Source: Utricularia gibba (Eukaryota > Plantae > Magnoliophyta). From it: DNA of 64,000 bases. Positions 35,080-47,358 of the stretch are shown piece after piece; the first letter of the stretch is position 1; each line of letters opens with the position of its first letter. The position numbers and the translations under genes are program-made. The stretch covers positions 806,001 through 870,000 of the forward strand of contig NEEC01000017.1 of assembly GCA_002189035.1 (NCBI GenBank), given 5' to 3'. The notes beneath the pieces are model-generated. The model was not told where the DNA came from. It saw only the letters and a program-made list of their open reading frames with translations, and searched no databases.

Positions 35080-36879
35080 ATGTTGCCGGCAGCGAAAACT
35101 GCTGCCGCCACCGTGGCCGCGGTGTCCGCCGTATTGATGCTCTCTCAATTAATTATTAGCAGCATCCGGAATCGCTCGATCAGAAACATTGATATTCAGA
35201 AGCTCGGAAAGGGAATCGTCGCCGCTGTTGGGAACACTCCTTTGATAAGGATCAACAGCTTATCTGATGCAACTGGATGTGAGGTATTGTGTCGTCCGTT
35301 ACCTTTTTTATGTGTTTTTTTCATTTCCTTCCGTCGTTTTTTTCACGACATTTCTTATCTAATGGCTAGCAGATTCTAGGGAAAGCGGAGTTCTTGAATC
35401 CTGGAGGGAGCGTGAAAGATAGAGTTGCTGTTAAAATTATTGAAGAGGTTTTTTTTTTTTTCTGTGACCTTTTTTTTTTTTTTTGAGTTCACTGATATTC
35501 ATTTCTGGCGTCAAGAGGAATAAAAGTTGAGTGTTTTGTTATTTCTTTTTGCAGGCAATTGAATCTGGAGCACTGTGTCCAGGTGGGGTAGTAACAGAAG
35601 GCAGTGCTGGGAGCACGGCCATCAGCTTGGCAACAATAGCTCCAGCTTATGGATGCAGGTGCCATGTTGTTATTCCGGATGATGCTGCCATTGAAAAGGT
35701 ATAGGCACCCATTTCTTCAAAGTTAAATTTGCTTCACGGCCTAGAAAATACTATGGACCCGTTTAATCTCGAAAATGATTAGTAAAATTTCTGCTTGGTA
35801 TCTGTTCTGTCAATAATTTGTATTATCAATCCGCTGCTCCGCTCCCTGGATAAATTCCTGTGCTTTTTGCAGTTTCAAATTCTTGAGGCCCTTGGTGCAA
35901 CCGTGGAAAGAGTTCGTCCTGTTTCAATCACCCACAAAGATCACTTTGTCAATATCGCAAGAAAAAGAGCATTAGAGGCAAATGAGCTTCTCCTTAAGAA
36001 CAAAAACGATAGCAGAATTAAAACAAATGGATGCCCCCCAAATATTGAACCACAAGGTTCTAATTTCCCGGATTGTTGCAAAGGTGGCTTCTTTGCTGAT
36101 CAATTTGAGAACCTTGCTAATTTTAGGGCTCATTATGAGGGCACTGGACCAGAGATGTGGGAACAAGTTGGTGATAAGCTGGATGCATTTGTTGCGGGTG
36201 CGGGTACTGGTGGTACAGTGGCTGGAGTTTCTCGGTTCTTGAAGGTTGCTTTCTTCCTATACAAGTCAGTTGATTCACCTATTTAAGTGAAAGAGTATCC
36301 ATTTATTCAACAGGAGAAGAAGCCTGGTGTCAAGTGCTTTCTCGTTGATCCACCTGGTTCTGGTTTGTTCAACAAAGTGACAAGAGGAGTGATGTACACG
36401 AAAGAGGAGGCTGAAGGTCGAAGGCTGAAAAACCCCTTTGATACCATTACTGAAGGAGTTGGGATCAACAGATTGACCGAAAATTTCAAATTGGCTGCTC
36501 TGGATGGGGCTTTCCGTTGCTCTGATATGGAAGCTGTTGAAATGTCCCGGTATTTCACTTTTATCCATATTTGATTCTCAGTTGCTGCATGCCACCCTGA
36601 TGCTCTTGATACCTAGTGTAATTTTTTTCCCGCTAAAAATTGTTTTTCAGGTTTTTGTTGAAGAAAGATGGACTCTTTGTAGGAAGTTCTTCTGCCTTAA
36701 ATTGTGTTGGAGCCGTCAAACTAGCGCGGCAAATGGGCCCTGGGCACACCATTGTCACAATTCTGTGTGACAGTGGGATGAGGCATCTCAGCAAGTTCCA
36801 CAATCCCCAATACTTATCTCAACATGGCCTGAGTCCTTCAGCATCTGGACTGGAGTTTCTTGGCCTTGATGCAGGTTAG
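35080..36879 (+). CDS. PLP-dependent cysteine-synthase-like protein (CysK-like, fungal MCY1/Cys12-type) with N-terminal hydrophobic anchor
   Basis: VGNTPLIRINSLS, KAEFLNPGGSVKDR (PLP lysine), TEGSAGST, GAGTGGTVAG, DGLFVGSSSALN, TILCDSGMRHLSK; six exons join in frame. Confidence 0.9.
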
Positions 36880-38243
36880 ATTTTATAAGCTTATTTCAGA
36901 ACCTAACGATTTCGTCACTACGAATGGATGAATAACTTTACTGACTACACGAGTGTTCTGGGAAATAAGCAATGAACATTATCTGTATTTCATTTATCCC
37001 TCTGCCTTCATTACAGAACAGCAAAAAAAATGACCGTGAACAGAATTAATTCTTCGGTTATTCCTAGTAAATGTTGCAAGAATGCCACCCACCATTAGAA
37101 ATCAGCATGTCCTGAATCACTGGTTCCATTTATTCGCAGAACAATGATGAAGAGTTCAAGATTCACATCCGGACTGCAAAACGATGGTGAAATTTTGCAG
37201 ATGCAGAGTCTCAAGATGGAAACACAACTGTTGGATTTTTGGCTTGTCAGGGAGTTTAGGTGAAAATACTGGACAGAATATGGAATGAAGGGCAAAACCC
37301 AGAAGTTGGAGGGGTTGAAACAACATTATTTGGGTATAGAGTGGAGTTATTGTTATTTGTTGTAGATTTCAGGTACTATACCCCGTGCAATTATAATGTT
37401 TTTGTGCGTGGTGCTACTGGAAAAAACAGGTTTCTCGGGCTGGTTTGCAATTTTGTAAAATTGATTTATCCCATAAATTATTGAAATAAAAAAATGAGGG
37501 AAAATCGCTACCTGTTACAAGTATTCAGTGCAGTCAGCGTCGATCCGGATTAGTAATAGACAAGGGAATCATGTCCGTTCATTCGACGACTTCTTTCGTA
37601 AACTGGATTCAAGCCGTTGATTTATGTTCTCTTGCAAAGTTTTCGCTCGCTGTCTTGTCAGGTTCTCTCCTCTCTACATGGCATTTAACCGGATTTAAAA
37701 TCCAGTTTGAAGTCCGCTCAAGTGAACGGGCAATTAGTTCGCACCTTCGAACTCGCTACTGAAGTTCGGGTGGGAGATCCGTCGTCTTGGTAGCTGAGGT
37801 TCCGTTTATCTGTAAGTTGGAAGCTGGACTCGTTTGTGTGTACTTTCTCTTTTTTTTTTTTTTTCTCTTTTTCTCTCTCTCTCTCTTGTTTTGTTTCTTG
37901 GGTTTCTATTTCTAATTTGGGCAGCTTTCAAGTTAGGGTTGAAGGTTCTGTTTGGGAAATTGTGGTTCTTGAGTTTCATGGATTTGTTACCGTGCTTATT
38001 AGGCATTGTGGAAGTGATTTTTGGTTTTAGTTGTTGGGTGATGGAGTTAGGATTTTAGAGACGTCGTTATGTGTTCTCCTCATCTTTATGAGTCCTGAGA
38101 ATTTCAAGGCAGTTTCTTCAACCGCTTTTGTTGTGTAACTGAAAGGATTATCCTTTTGTTATATTTATGATTCCACGCCCTTGGCTAAAATTTATCCTTT
38201 TTGTGGTCAGGGGATAAGAGCGATAAGTTCTATTGTATAAATT

Positions 38244-41241
38244 ATGGATGAGGGTGATGCAGGGCTGGAGAAGCTTGAGTCAGTGACAGCATGTGACAAT
38301 TCTGTTGCAGAAAAAGCTCATTTGGAGAAAAAGGCAGAGGTAGAGGATGAGAAGGTCAAAGAAGTGAAGGAGAGTAAGTTGAGTGAGACAGATGATATGC
38401 AAGTTGATGAGTCCCAGGTTAAGAAATTTGAGGATGATGAAACACACAAGCGTGAAGAAATTGAAGATGGTATGGAGATTGAAAAGGCTGTAACTGAAGA
38501 AAATAAAGAAATTGTGGAAAAAGAAGAAGCCGAAGAAAAAACTGAAAATGCAGCGAATGTAGAGGGTGTAGAGGATGCTGTTGATGAGAAAGGCACTGAT
38601 GATAGCAAGAATAGTGGTAATGACGAAGTCCCTCAGGATCGAGATGGCAAGGAAAGTGGAGATGAGTCTAGAAAAGAGAGGGAATCAAAGGAACAACGCG
38701 TTCATGATGGTGATGCAGAAGCTGATGAGGTTAGAGATGAAAAAGAAAGCAAGGAAGATCATGGAAAAGAGAAAGGGTCAAAAAAACGAGCACGCGGGAA
38801 GAGTAGTGTGTCTAAAAAAACCTCACATCCACGAGAACATGCAGAGAAAGAGAATGAGAAGGAACATGCAACACCTCAAGAGAAGAAGAAGAAGGGATTG
38901 CAGCTCTCCTCGGAAGAGACCAAAACTCCTACTGCTTACTCAGCTGATCGTCCTGTACGTGAGCGAAAATCAGTGGAAAGATTGGTTGCCAGTATTGAGA
39001 AGGACTCTGGGAAGGATTTTCATGTTGAAAAGGTAGCAGCTCTATTCTTTTGGTCGTCATGCTTTAGGCTCTGAGAGCATTCATCTCTATGTGATATAGG
39101 AATGTGCTTGTTTCCGTTTTGCTCCTTAACATAGTGACTGTTTTCAGGGCCGTGGAACTGCTCTCAAGGATATCCCAAATGGTGAGCTTCCAACTCTTGC
39201 GTTTAAACTTATTTCAGCTAGTTATTTTTGTGTTTCTTTCATTCCATGCCACATTGCTTAGTTTTTTTCCTTTTCAATCTGAAACGTCAGTTGCCTACAA
39301 ATTGTCAAGAAAGAAAACTGAAGAGACCTTCAAATTTCTGCACACAATCCTCTTTGGACGTAGAGGAAAGGTAATAATTATGCAGCATGATTTTGTTCAA
39401 ATGTCATTTTTTTTCCTGGAGGGCACCTTTTTTCTATCATCATTTTTGTTATGCTCCAGGCTGCACAGATAAAGACCAACATATCAAGATTCTCTGGGTT
39501 TGTTTGGCATGATAATGAGGTAAGAGGAACGCGAGATGTAGTAATTTTAGTAGCTGATGTTTTTTTTTTCCGTTTATAAATGCCCATGTGTGTGTTTGAT
39601 GTGAAATTCATTTCAGGAAAAGCAAATGGCTAAGGTGAAAGAGAAATTTGAAAAGTGTGTTAAAGAGAAACTGGTTGAGTTTTGTGATGTTCTTGATATA
39701 CCAGTTTCCAAAGTCAATACAAGAAAGGTTTGTAGAGTCTCCATTACGCTATTAAAGCTTTTTATTATATAGAAATCTGATCTTGGTTTTTCTGTTTCGG
39801 CTTCACAGGAAGATCTAGTAGCCAAGTTGATTGAATTTCTCGTAGAACCGCATGCTATGACGTCTGAGTTAATTGCTGATAAAGAACAGGTTTTTTGGGT
39901 TCTTTTTAGTTGACTTTGCTGCAGTGACTCTGTATTGGCTTCCCTGACAACAAATGCTTTTTATCTGTCTTAAACCAGCCAAGCAAAACTAAAAAGCGAA
40001 AGAGGAGTAGCAATCCTATTCCTGAGAGCAGTTCGGCTTCAAAAGGCTCATCTAAGGTACTTTTTTCAAAGGGCAAGCTTTTTTTTTTCTTTCTTGGATA
40101 AAATGTATCATTGCTATTATTGGAATTGTTTTTTTCTCCAAGTGATATATTTGCAATTATTCAGAGTCAAAATAAGAAGAGCTCATCAAAAATGAGTGGA
40201 GGGGATATAAGTAAAGGTGTCCGGGATGATGAATCCGAAGAAGAGGAAGAGCATGAAGCATGTGATGGAGAGGGTACGAATGGAGTACTTGAGAAGTCAG
40301 AGAATGAGATGCCTGATGCTGAAAGCGACGATAAAGAAAGTGATTCCAGGGAATCCCCCAAAAACAAAACAGTGAAAAACTCCGGGGCTTCAAAAGCGTC
40401 TTCAAAAGAAAAGCCTGCTCAAAAGGCAGTTACAAAGAAGGTGACAGCCGCGAAGAAAATCAGTCCTCCACCCAAAAAGGCGCCAGCAAAATCTCCATCA
40501 ACCCAAACAAAGAAAAGCCAGGAGGAGGCAACGCCCAAAGCTTCTTCTGGTAAAAAGAAAGGCACGCCCCTTAAGAAGCCTTCTACTGCAAAGCAGTCAA
40601 CAAAAGAAGAAAGCGCTGGTTAGAGTTGCAAACTTCTCATTTTATTACCTTTTCTGGAGATTAAACTATTTAAAATGCCATTTTGCTCGAATGTGCTCTT
40701 TATCATATTTCTCTATTGACATCCTGTTGCTTTGGATAGGTCATGGCTTCATTCGTTGTCTTCCTTGCAGGGAAGAAGGTCATGAAAGCAAAGGAAAGGA
40801 TCGAGGAGAAAATGAAGCCAACAGATGATGAGTTAAAAAATGCTGTCTGTGAAATTCTCAAAGAGGTGGACTTCAACACGGTTAGTATTACTTCCATTTC
40901 AGACTTCCAAATTCCATTGTTCACACATCTAACCCGAATACTACTGATTACCTATCATGTAGGCCACGTTCACGGACATCCTGGTGATGCTCGGTGAGTC
41001 CCACATCACCTCCTACATTTCACTCCTCCCTGGCTTGTTCCAAGCTCCTCACTTTACTGGATGTGTGTGTTACCTTTCAGCCAAGCGGTTCAGTACGGAT
41101 CTGACATCAAGGAAAGCAGGGATAAAGCTAATGATTCAAGATGAACTCACGAAGCTAGCCGAGGCCGATGATGATGAGGAAGAAGAGGAAGAAGAAGGTG
41201 ACCTGGACAAGAAACCGTCCGCTAAAGATGTCAAGGTCTGA
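38244..41241 (+). CDS. DEK: DEK-domain chromatin-associated protein (DEK3/4-like)
   Basis: Acidic N-terminus; DRPVRERKSVERLV, GRGTALKDIPNVAYKLS, LHTILFGRRGK, FSGFVW; C-terminal DEK domain PTDDELKNAVCEILKEVDFNT...IQDELTKL; about 11 coding exons. Confidence 0.92.
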
Positions 41242-41684
41242 TGGCGCTTCCGGGTGACTAACTCAACAGCTACAGACATCCTACACTACACTCTCAGACC
41301 CCCTCTCTGCCAGATGCTGCTGCTGCTGCTATACATGTAGCTGTGTAGCTTCGTTTTTACCTCCCGTGGACGATGGCTGTAGAAAATTGTATCTGTAGGT
41401 TCCCATTTATCATCCCCAGGCGCACCATAGACCTCTGTAGAGCGATAAGTTGTTGATTCCGTGTGATTCCATCGTCTTCTCAACCTCTTCTTCATTATTT
41501 AAAATGAGAATTAAAATCAGTGAGTGAAAAGGTTTGCTTTCAGGGCTACGATGGTGCATTAGATTTGAAGACCTTTTTGAGTCTGCTACAAGTGAATGGT
41601 GTCGTAGATGCATGATATTTTTTCTTTTTTTTTTTTTGGCAATTTTGGTCCACGTACGGTGTGTGTGAGCGAGAGCCAGCCAGC

Positions 41685-42214
41685 CTACATCGGTCCACCC
41701 ATATCGGGCCACGGAAAGGACCAAAAGTCCGACTCGGAAACAGTGTCTCCGAAAAATGATCCTCCCATGCCTGTCTCGTAACCGCCGGCAGCTGCATCAC
41801 CGCCGACCCAGGCGGAGTAGCCACCGACGGAATCCTTGTCTCCTCTACTCAACGTGGCGTTCTTCTCCCCCTCGGTATCTCTAAAGCGCTGCAAGTAAAA
41901 TCTCAAGGGGCCATGTAGTTCTCGAATCCTAGGGTTGCCATCGCCCAGAGCAAATCGTCGCCGTTAATTGTCTTCCTTTTCTCCCGCTGACACTTATCGG
42001 AAGCCTCCCCTGTAATGAAGCTTATAAACTCTGATACGCACTCTTGCACGGTTTCCTTCGCCTCCTTGGATATTTTCGCATTCGCAGGTAACGCTTTCTT
42101 CATTATCCTGCTAACGTTCGCTATCGGAAGAAACTTGTCTTGTTCTCGAGGTGAACTTTCGCTATGGTAGTTCGTATCTCGATGAATTCCCCCTGATCCG
42201 TCGGAATCCAACAT
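41685..42214 (-). CDS. NF-YB: Nuclear factor Y subunit B (NF-YB2/3-like), intronless, frameshifted as sequenced
   Basis: [78 protein letters not shown]; the continuation [15 protein letters not shown] lies in another frame after GGGG at 41907-41910. Confidence 0.9.
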
Positions 42215-43524
42215 TTCTTCACCGGAAAATCGCCGTTCTCGAATATTTCTTTCAACTCCGAGACGGATACCGATCCTCTCAAGTTTCTTGAACAATCGAT
42301 CAGCCGACACAACTTCGCTTAAGAATCACGCGGCACCTCAAGGGATACAAATCTCATGCAACCTACAATCACAAGTAAAGAAGAATATAAATCAGTTCTG
42401 TAAAGTTTCAGACGACCAAACGCTTTCTGATCGGCGTTAATTACCGTCCCCGGCGCCGGCAGTCGCACTACGCCGCAGTGCCTCACCTACATGAAGCTTG
42501 GCGGAGAGGGAAGTTAAAATGAAAGTTGTGCGAGGTTCACCGAATCAAAAATGCTGCCATAATAAACTAATCTCGTGGTACACGTGGAGCGATGCACGCC
42601 GTCGGTTTCTGATAACTTGATCGAGTCGGATCTCAAACCGTCTATTTTTCACCGATCGAACGATCCCAACCGTTGACGCCGCATCTGGAACATGATCACG
42701 AACGTCCAATGGAAATTCATCTAGCGGCTGACATAATTAAATAATTCGAAAAACAAAAAAATTAGCAGCTACCTTATGGAGCCAGGAGACCTTCGTCTCA
42801 CAGCATTTTCTTGAACAAACACCGAAAACTCTGTTAATTCACGTTAAGCCAGAGAGGGGAGATGAATCCTGCCTCCTCTATCTTCATCTTTACCTTTGCA
42901 TAAAGATGGAGGATGCATATCGTCTTGCAGGGAACATATTCTCTCATTCACTGCTAATATTCCCGTACCCACTTCATCACAGCTGATGTGAGACACCACA
43001 TGCTAAGGAGGGAGTGTGTAAAGCAGCAATTTTATAGTACTATGCGGACAGTGGGAGAGGCTGGTCGAGCCAATGCAACTCTGGGGGTGCTCGGAATGGA
43101 TTGTGGGTAGCCCTGCGCTGCTTCATTTCATTGAATCCGTCTCACTGTTCTTCTGTTTCATGTTGTAAGGCATGGTCATGCTTCTGATTGCGACGCGTGA
43201 GATGTGTCTCAGACAAAGGAAGCCGCTGTAGAAACAAGTACTAGACGAAGGGAAAAGGTGTCTCGCCAAATGTTGTGGTGCTTGGATTATGTGGTTTTAT
43301 AGATACTGTGGAAGTGATGTGAATCTCAGCAGAATTTCACTCTCTGTTCTGTAATGTGTGGAAGGATGCTTACATGCACTGCAGGGGGATAGTGAAGAGC
43401 AAGCTTTGACCACATAATCGATGGAGAGCAAGATCATGGGCGTACTGTGTGTATAGAGTGCGTGCCCTTCTGCATATTCATGATAACACAGTGGAGATCT
43501 GGTAGCATGAGAATGGAGTAGTTA

Positions 43525-43620
43525 TGTTGATGACAGAAGAAAGGGAGGACAATCCCACAAAGAACAGGGGAGCCTGTGTTCATTGCGGCCTGTGCTCACT
43601 CTCTTCTGTCAACAATTTTG
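43525..43620 (-). ncRNA. MIR156: MIR156 precursor hairpin
   Basis: Minus strand 43612-43592 reads TTGACAGAAGAGAGTGAGCAC (canonical miR156 with a 5' U); star arm GTCCTCCCTTTCTTCTGTCAT at about 43550-43530 pairs with two internal mismatches and one G:U; loop about 40 nt. Confidence 0.92.
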
Positions 43621-43810
43621 CACTCTCTTCTGCTTGAACTTCACTAACCAGATTCTGCATTCACAGAGAATTAAGAAATTCACACACCTGCAGAAGAATG
43701 CTGCATCTGCTCTTGTGTTTTAACCACCGGCTTCGCAATCTCCATACATGCATGTGCGTGTGCAGGAGGAGGAGATGGGGATGCTTGAAATGTTGGATCG
43801 GTGGAGTGGG

Positions 43811-43817
43811 ATTTATA
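43811..43817 (-). promoter_or_regulatory. TATA box of pri-miR156
   Basis: CTCTATAAAT on the minus strand, about 200 nt upstream of the mature miRNA. Confidence 0.65.
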
Positions 43818-44363
43818 GAGGGATGTTTCGCAGCAGCTTTTTCTTCTTTTCTCAGTTTACTGTGGTGCCGAAAAATGGTAACTTGTTTTTCTCCTTGATC
43901 GGACTCCGCCTAATCTCCTCTGGAACATCAAGCCATAGCGATCTCATGATTCGGTACTCTCCATGTGACTTCTTTTCTATTCCTGGAATACCAAACTCTC
44001 TCATCTTCAGCATTGCCCCTTTCTCTATGCCTGTTGCTGCTCCATCTACTTGATGCTTCATGGTGCCTAACTTTCTTGGCGTGGGAACGAATAGACACGC
44101 ACAAAACACTTAGTACACATGAATTGCATTCATGTTCATGCTAATTACTCCTAAACGGCCACCTTGAACGTTTAACAGCAATGGCCACTCTGGTTTTTAC
44201 TGCACTGAGTATCTTTCCTCCTGCTGCTGCATTTATGTGTTGATCCGAGCGTTACACTTCATCCCTGACTCTACATGATCGTATCCGTGTTTCCTTTTTG
44301 GAGTTAAACGCGTGAAAAAGAGAGGTTCTTGAGCAGTCCCCAGATTCACACGCACCGCCTCCA

Positions 44364-44953
44364 ATGGCTCCTGCGTTCAAAAGCTTGCTGTTCTACGCTT
44401 CTCTTGCGGCTATGGCGGCCGCGGTGGCGGCGACCGGCGTTCAGTTCGAAGTAGGGGACACGAAGGGGTGGAGAAAACCATCAGGGAATGAGCATGAGAC
44501 TTACAATGAGTGGGCTGGAAGGCACAGGTTCCGAGTCGGGGATTCACTTCGTAAGCAGCTTCTGTTTTGTTACAAAAATATTCCTGGCGGCACAAGTTTG
44601 TAAATCTTTATTCATCAGACTTCAGTTACAAGAAGGACACCGTGATGGAAGTTACGGCGGCCGCCTACTCGACCTGTAACGCGTCCAATCCAATCGCCAG
44701 ATTCGACGACGGAGACACGGCCTTCGAGTTCGATCGGCCGGGCTGGTTCTACTTCATCAGTGGACGTGAAAGTCACTGCGAGGCTGGGCAAAAGCTCGTC
44801 GTTGTAGTGATACACGCCGCCGAGGAAGACATCCCGCCTCCAGGGCCCGCTTCTGATCCTCCCAAGGCCAACTCCGCCGCAGAGGTCTCCGCCGTCTCCT
44901 GCCTCGTGGCTGGCGGCTTCGCACTGGCTTTCTTGATGACCACCGCTGCTTAG
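44364..44953 (+). CDS. Early nodulin-like phytocyanin (ENODL), likely GPI-anchored
   Basis: Signal peptide, FEVGDTKGW, WAGRHRFRVGDSL|HFSYKKD, C...FYFISG..SHCEAGQKL, Pro-rich linker and hydrophobic C-terminus; one intron 44551-44618. Confidence 0.9.
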
Positions 44954-46179
44954 TCGTGCCCCTGTTGGGGTATCGCCACTGCCTGCTTTCAGTTGGACTT
45001 ATCCAATTACCATGAATTTCATCTCCTTCTCTTTAAAATTCCATTTCAAAACTCATATTTGGCCAATAAAAATATTCAAATTTGAGTTACAAAGCATACA
45101 AAACTCATATTTGATCAATAAAAAAAACATTAATTTTGATTGAATTATAATTAAATTCTGCCCGAATTGTCATTGGAGTGCGATTTGCTCGTGATTTATT
45201 CTGTATTTTAAAATAATTAAGATTTAATTACATTGAATATATTTTAAATTTAAAACATTTTAAACGGATTTAATCGTAATTCAACTGGGATTTTTTAAAA
45301 CATTGATTACAAATATAAAACACGTGTTGCTATAAAATTGTTTAATTGATAATATTTTAAGTATCAATTATGACATGTTTAATAGTATAGTAAGTATTAT
45401 AATGAATTTAAATTATTTGATTTTATATAAATAATATAATATATGTTTTATTTATAATAGATAGGTTATAATTATTTGATTTAAATAAAATATGCATTTG
45501 TAGTGTTTAGAAATAAAATATCAATTTTATACTTATTTATATTATTAATTTATCCTAATGACTTTGATTTTCAAAAAAAAAAAAAAAGAACATCAATCCT
45601 AATTTGAAGAGAAGTTTTGTGTAAAAGCCAAACACTTGAAATTTGACTTCAATAGATCCCATTGTCTACTCTACCTTTTATGTGAAGAATCAATTATTGA
45701 ATTATGCCGTAGACCCGGGAAATCCATTTTGGTCAGGAACGATCCCAACATCCGAAGGGGCTTTTTGAGCGAGTACCTGCATGAATATGACCTACCTTGC
45801 TCATGACTCCACATTTTATCCACTCATTTATAAACTGTAGTATTTAGTCATGAGAAAGAGCTTAGCACAATGAAAATATTGGATTAGAAGGGACTGAAGT
45901 GGGGATGGGTGGTGGATGACACAGCAAGCAAGGGCAAAAGCAATGGGACATGAGACAGATGGTAAAGATAGTAAGCAAGTGATAAGACAACATGACATAT
46001 TACAAATTTGGGTATCAAGTGTGTGAAAAAAATGGTTAATCTCAATTAAATTTTTTTGTCTAAATGTATGAAAGAGAGTATAAGATGACCACTTTTGACT
46101 TTTGTAAATGATCCAAGACAGCAAGAATATGATACTAATTAAATTTTAAAATATAATTATCAGATAAAAAAAATACTAA

Positions 46180-46467
46180 GAGTGTGTTTGGCTCATGGAA
46201 TTATATGAATTTAAAAGTAATATTATAAATTATAAGATATTTAGTTGATAAGTTTAAATAAATATATGAATACACAAGTTTTTTTTTAATCTCATGTATG
46301 CAGTTTTATTTAAAATTACACCTCTCTCTTACTTTACTTAAAACCACATAATTCCATTTTTAATCCCAATAATTAAATACTATTTATAAAATTAATCACA
46401 ATACATTAACTTTAAATTTAAATAAATTAAACCCATTTTATCCCATTCCCATCAACCAAACACTGCC
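46180..46467. mobile_element. Tourist-like (PIF/Harbinger) MITE, 288 bp
   Basis: Imperfect TIRs GAGTGTGTTTGGCTCATGG and (reverse complement) GGCAGTGTTTGGTTGATGG, flanked by TAA at 46177-46179 and 46468-46470; AT-rich non-coding interior. Confidence 0.75.
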
Positions 46468-47358
46468 TAAATGTAGATTTACACAAACCTACATTTGAGG
46501 TAGGTTTTTATATAATGTCAAGTAAAACTTGAAGTGAATTAAAAATCAAGTCATTTATAAGATACTATGTGAAAAAAATAATCATTTATAATGTAAGTTT
46601 TTTAACTTAGTATATAAGAAAAAGTGTATGGATGACCATTTTTCTAAATTTTAATTAGAGAAACTTAGTGTGTATAAGTTTTTCTAATATCATGTGTTTA
46701 TAAGAACATATGAACCAAATATAATATTATTATTAAATTTACATGTTCGTCTTTCTAAACCAATCTACCAAGCATGCCCTAGTCAATCGATTTTAAAGCG
46801 GATTCCCATTTAGTATATCGTTCCTTAGTAGTGAATCAATGGTACAAAAAATGGAAGACACTCGACAAGGCGTGTTTCTTTCTAATTGCTATGGTTTATT
46901 GGGCCTCATGGCCACCTAACTAATTTTCCCATATAATTATAATATATTATTATATTGTTTTACAATTTTCTCCTTTGGGGCTTGGGCCTTGAATGACAAA
47001 TTACTTCACCGTCTTTGAAAAGATTTTCCTCGTTTCCTTGTAGTGCTCATTGATTCGGTTCCTTGCCGTCACAAATCGCCTCGAAAAATCCTGTTGCGAA
47101 ACCCTAGTTACTGGCGATTTTTCGGACGCTGCTTGTAAATATCATTAATCCGCAGGTTTGATCGAATTATTCGACTCTTAGCAATCATCGGAATACGCCG
47201 GTTCGATTACTTATTTGACACTGATTGAGTATTTGGAGCATGTGTTCGATAAATTTTGTTGGGTGGTTCTTGTTTCTTTAGGTACAGAATCAGTCTACAG
47301 ATTGATTACCTGCAGTGCCTTGAATCTGGAAATGGTCTCTTCGAGTTGATCGTAGGAG

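Noticed and set aside
43531-43550. Plus-strand miR156 variant TGACAGAAGAAAGGGAGGAC
   Set aside because: It is the reverse complement of the star arm; the minus-strand hairpin pairs better, carries the canonical mature sequence and has the TATA box.
43852-44109. 85-aa minus-strand ORF as a miR156 micropeptide
   Set aside because: It lies upstream of the pri-miRNA TATA box (43811-43817), outside the predicted transcript, and shows no recognisable homology.
47332-47349. 5-aa AUG uORF (MVSSS*) 9 nt before the UPL1 ATG
   Set aside because: Present in the sequence, but such minimal uORFs are common and nothing here suggests conservation or function.
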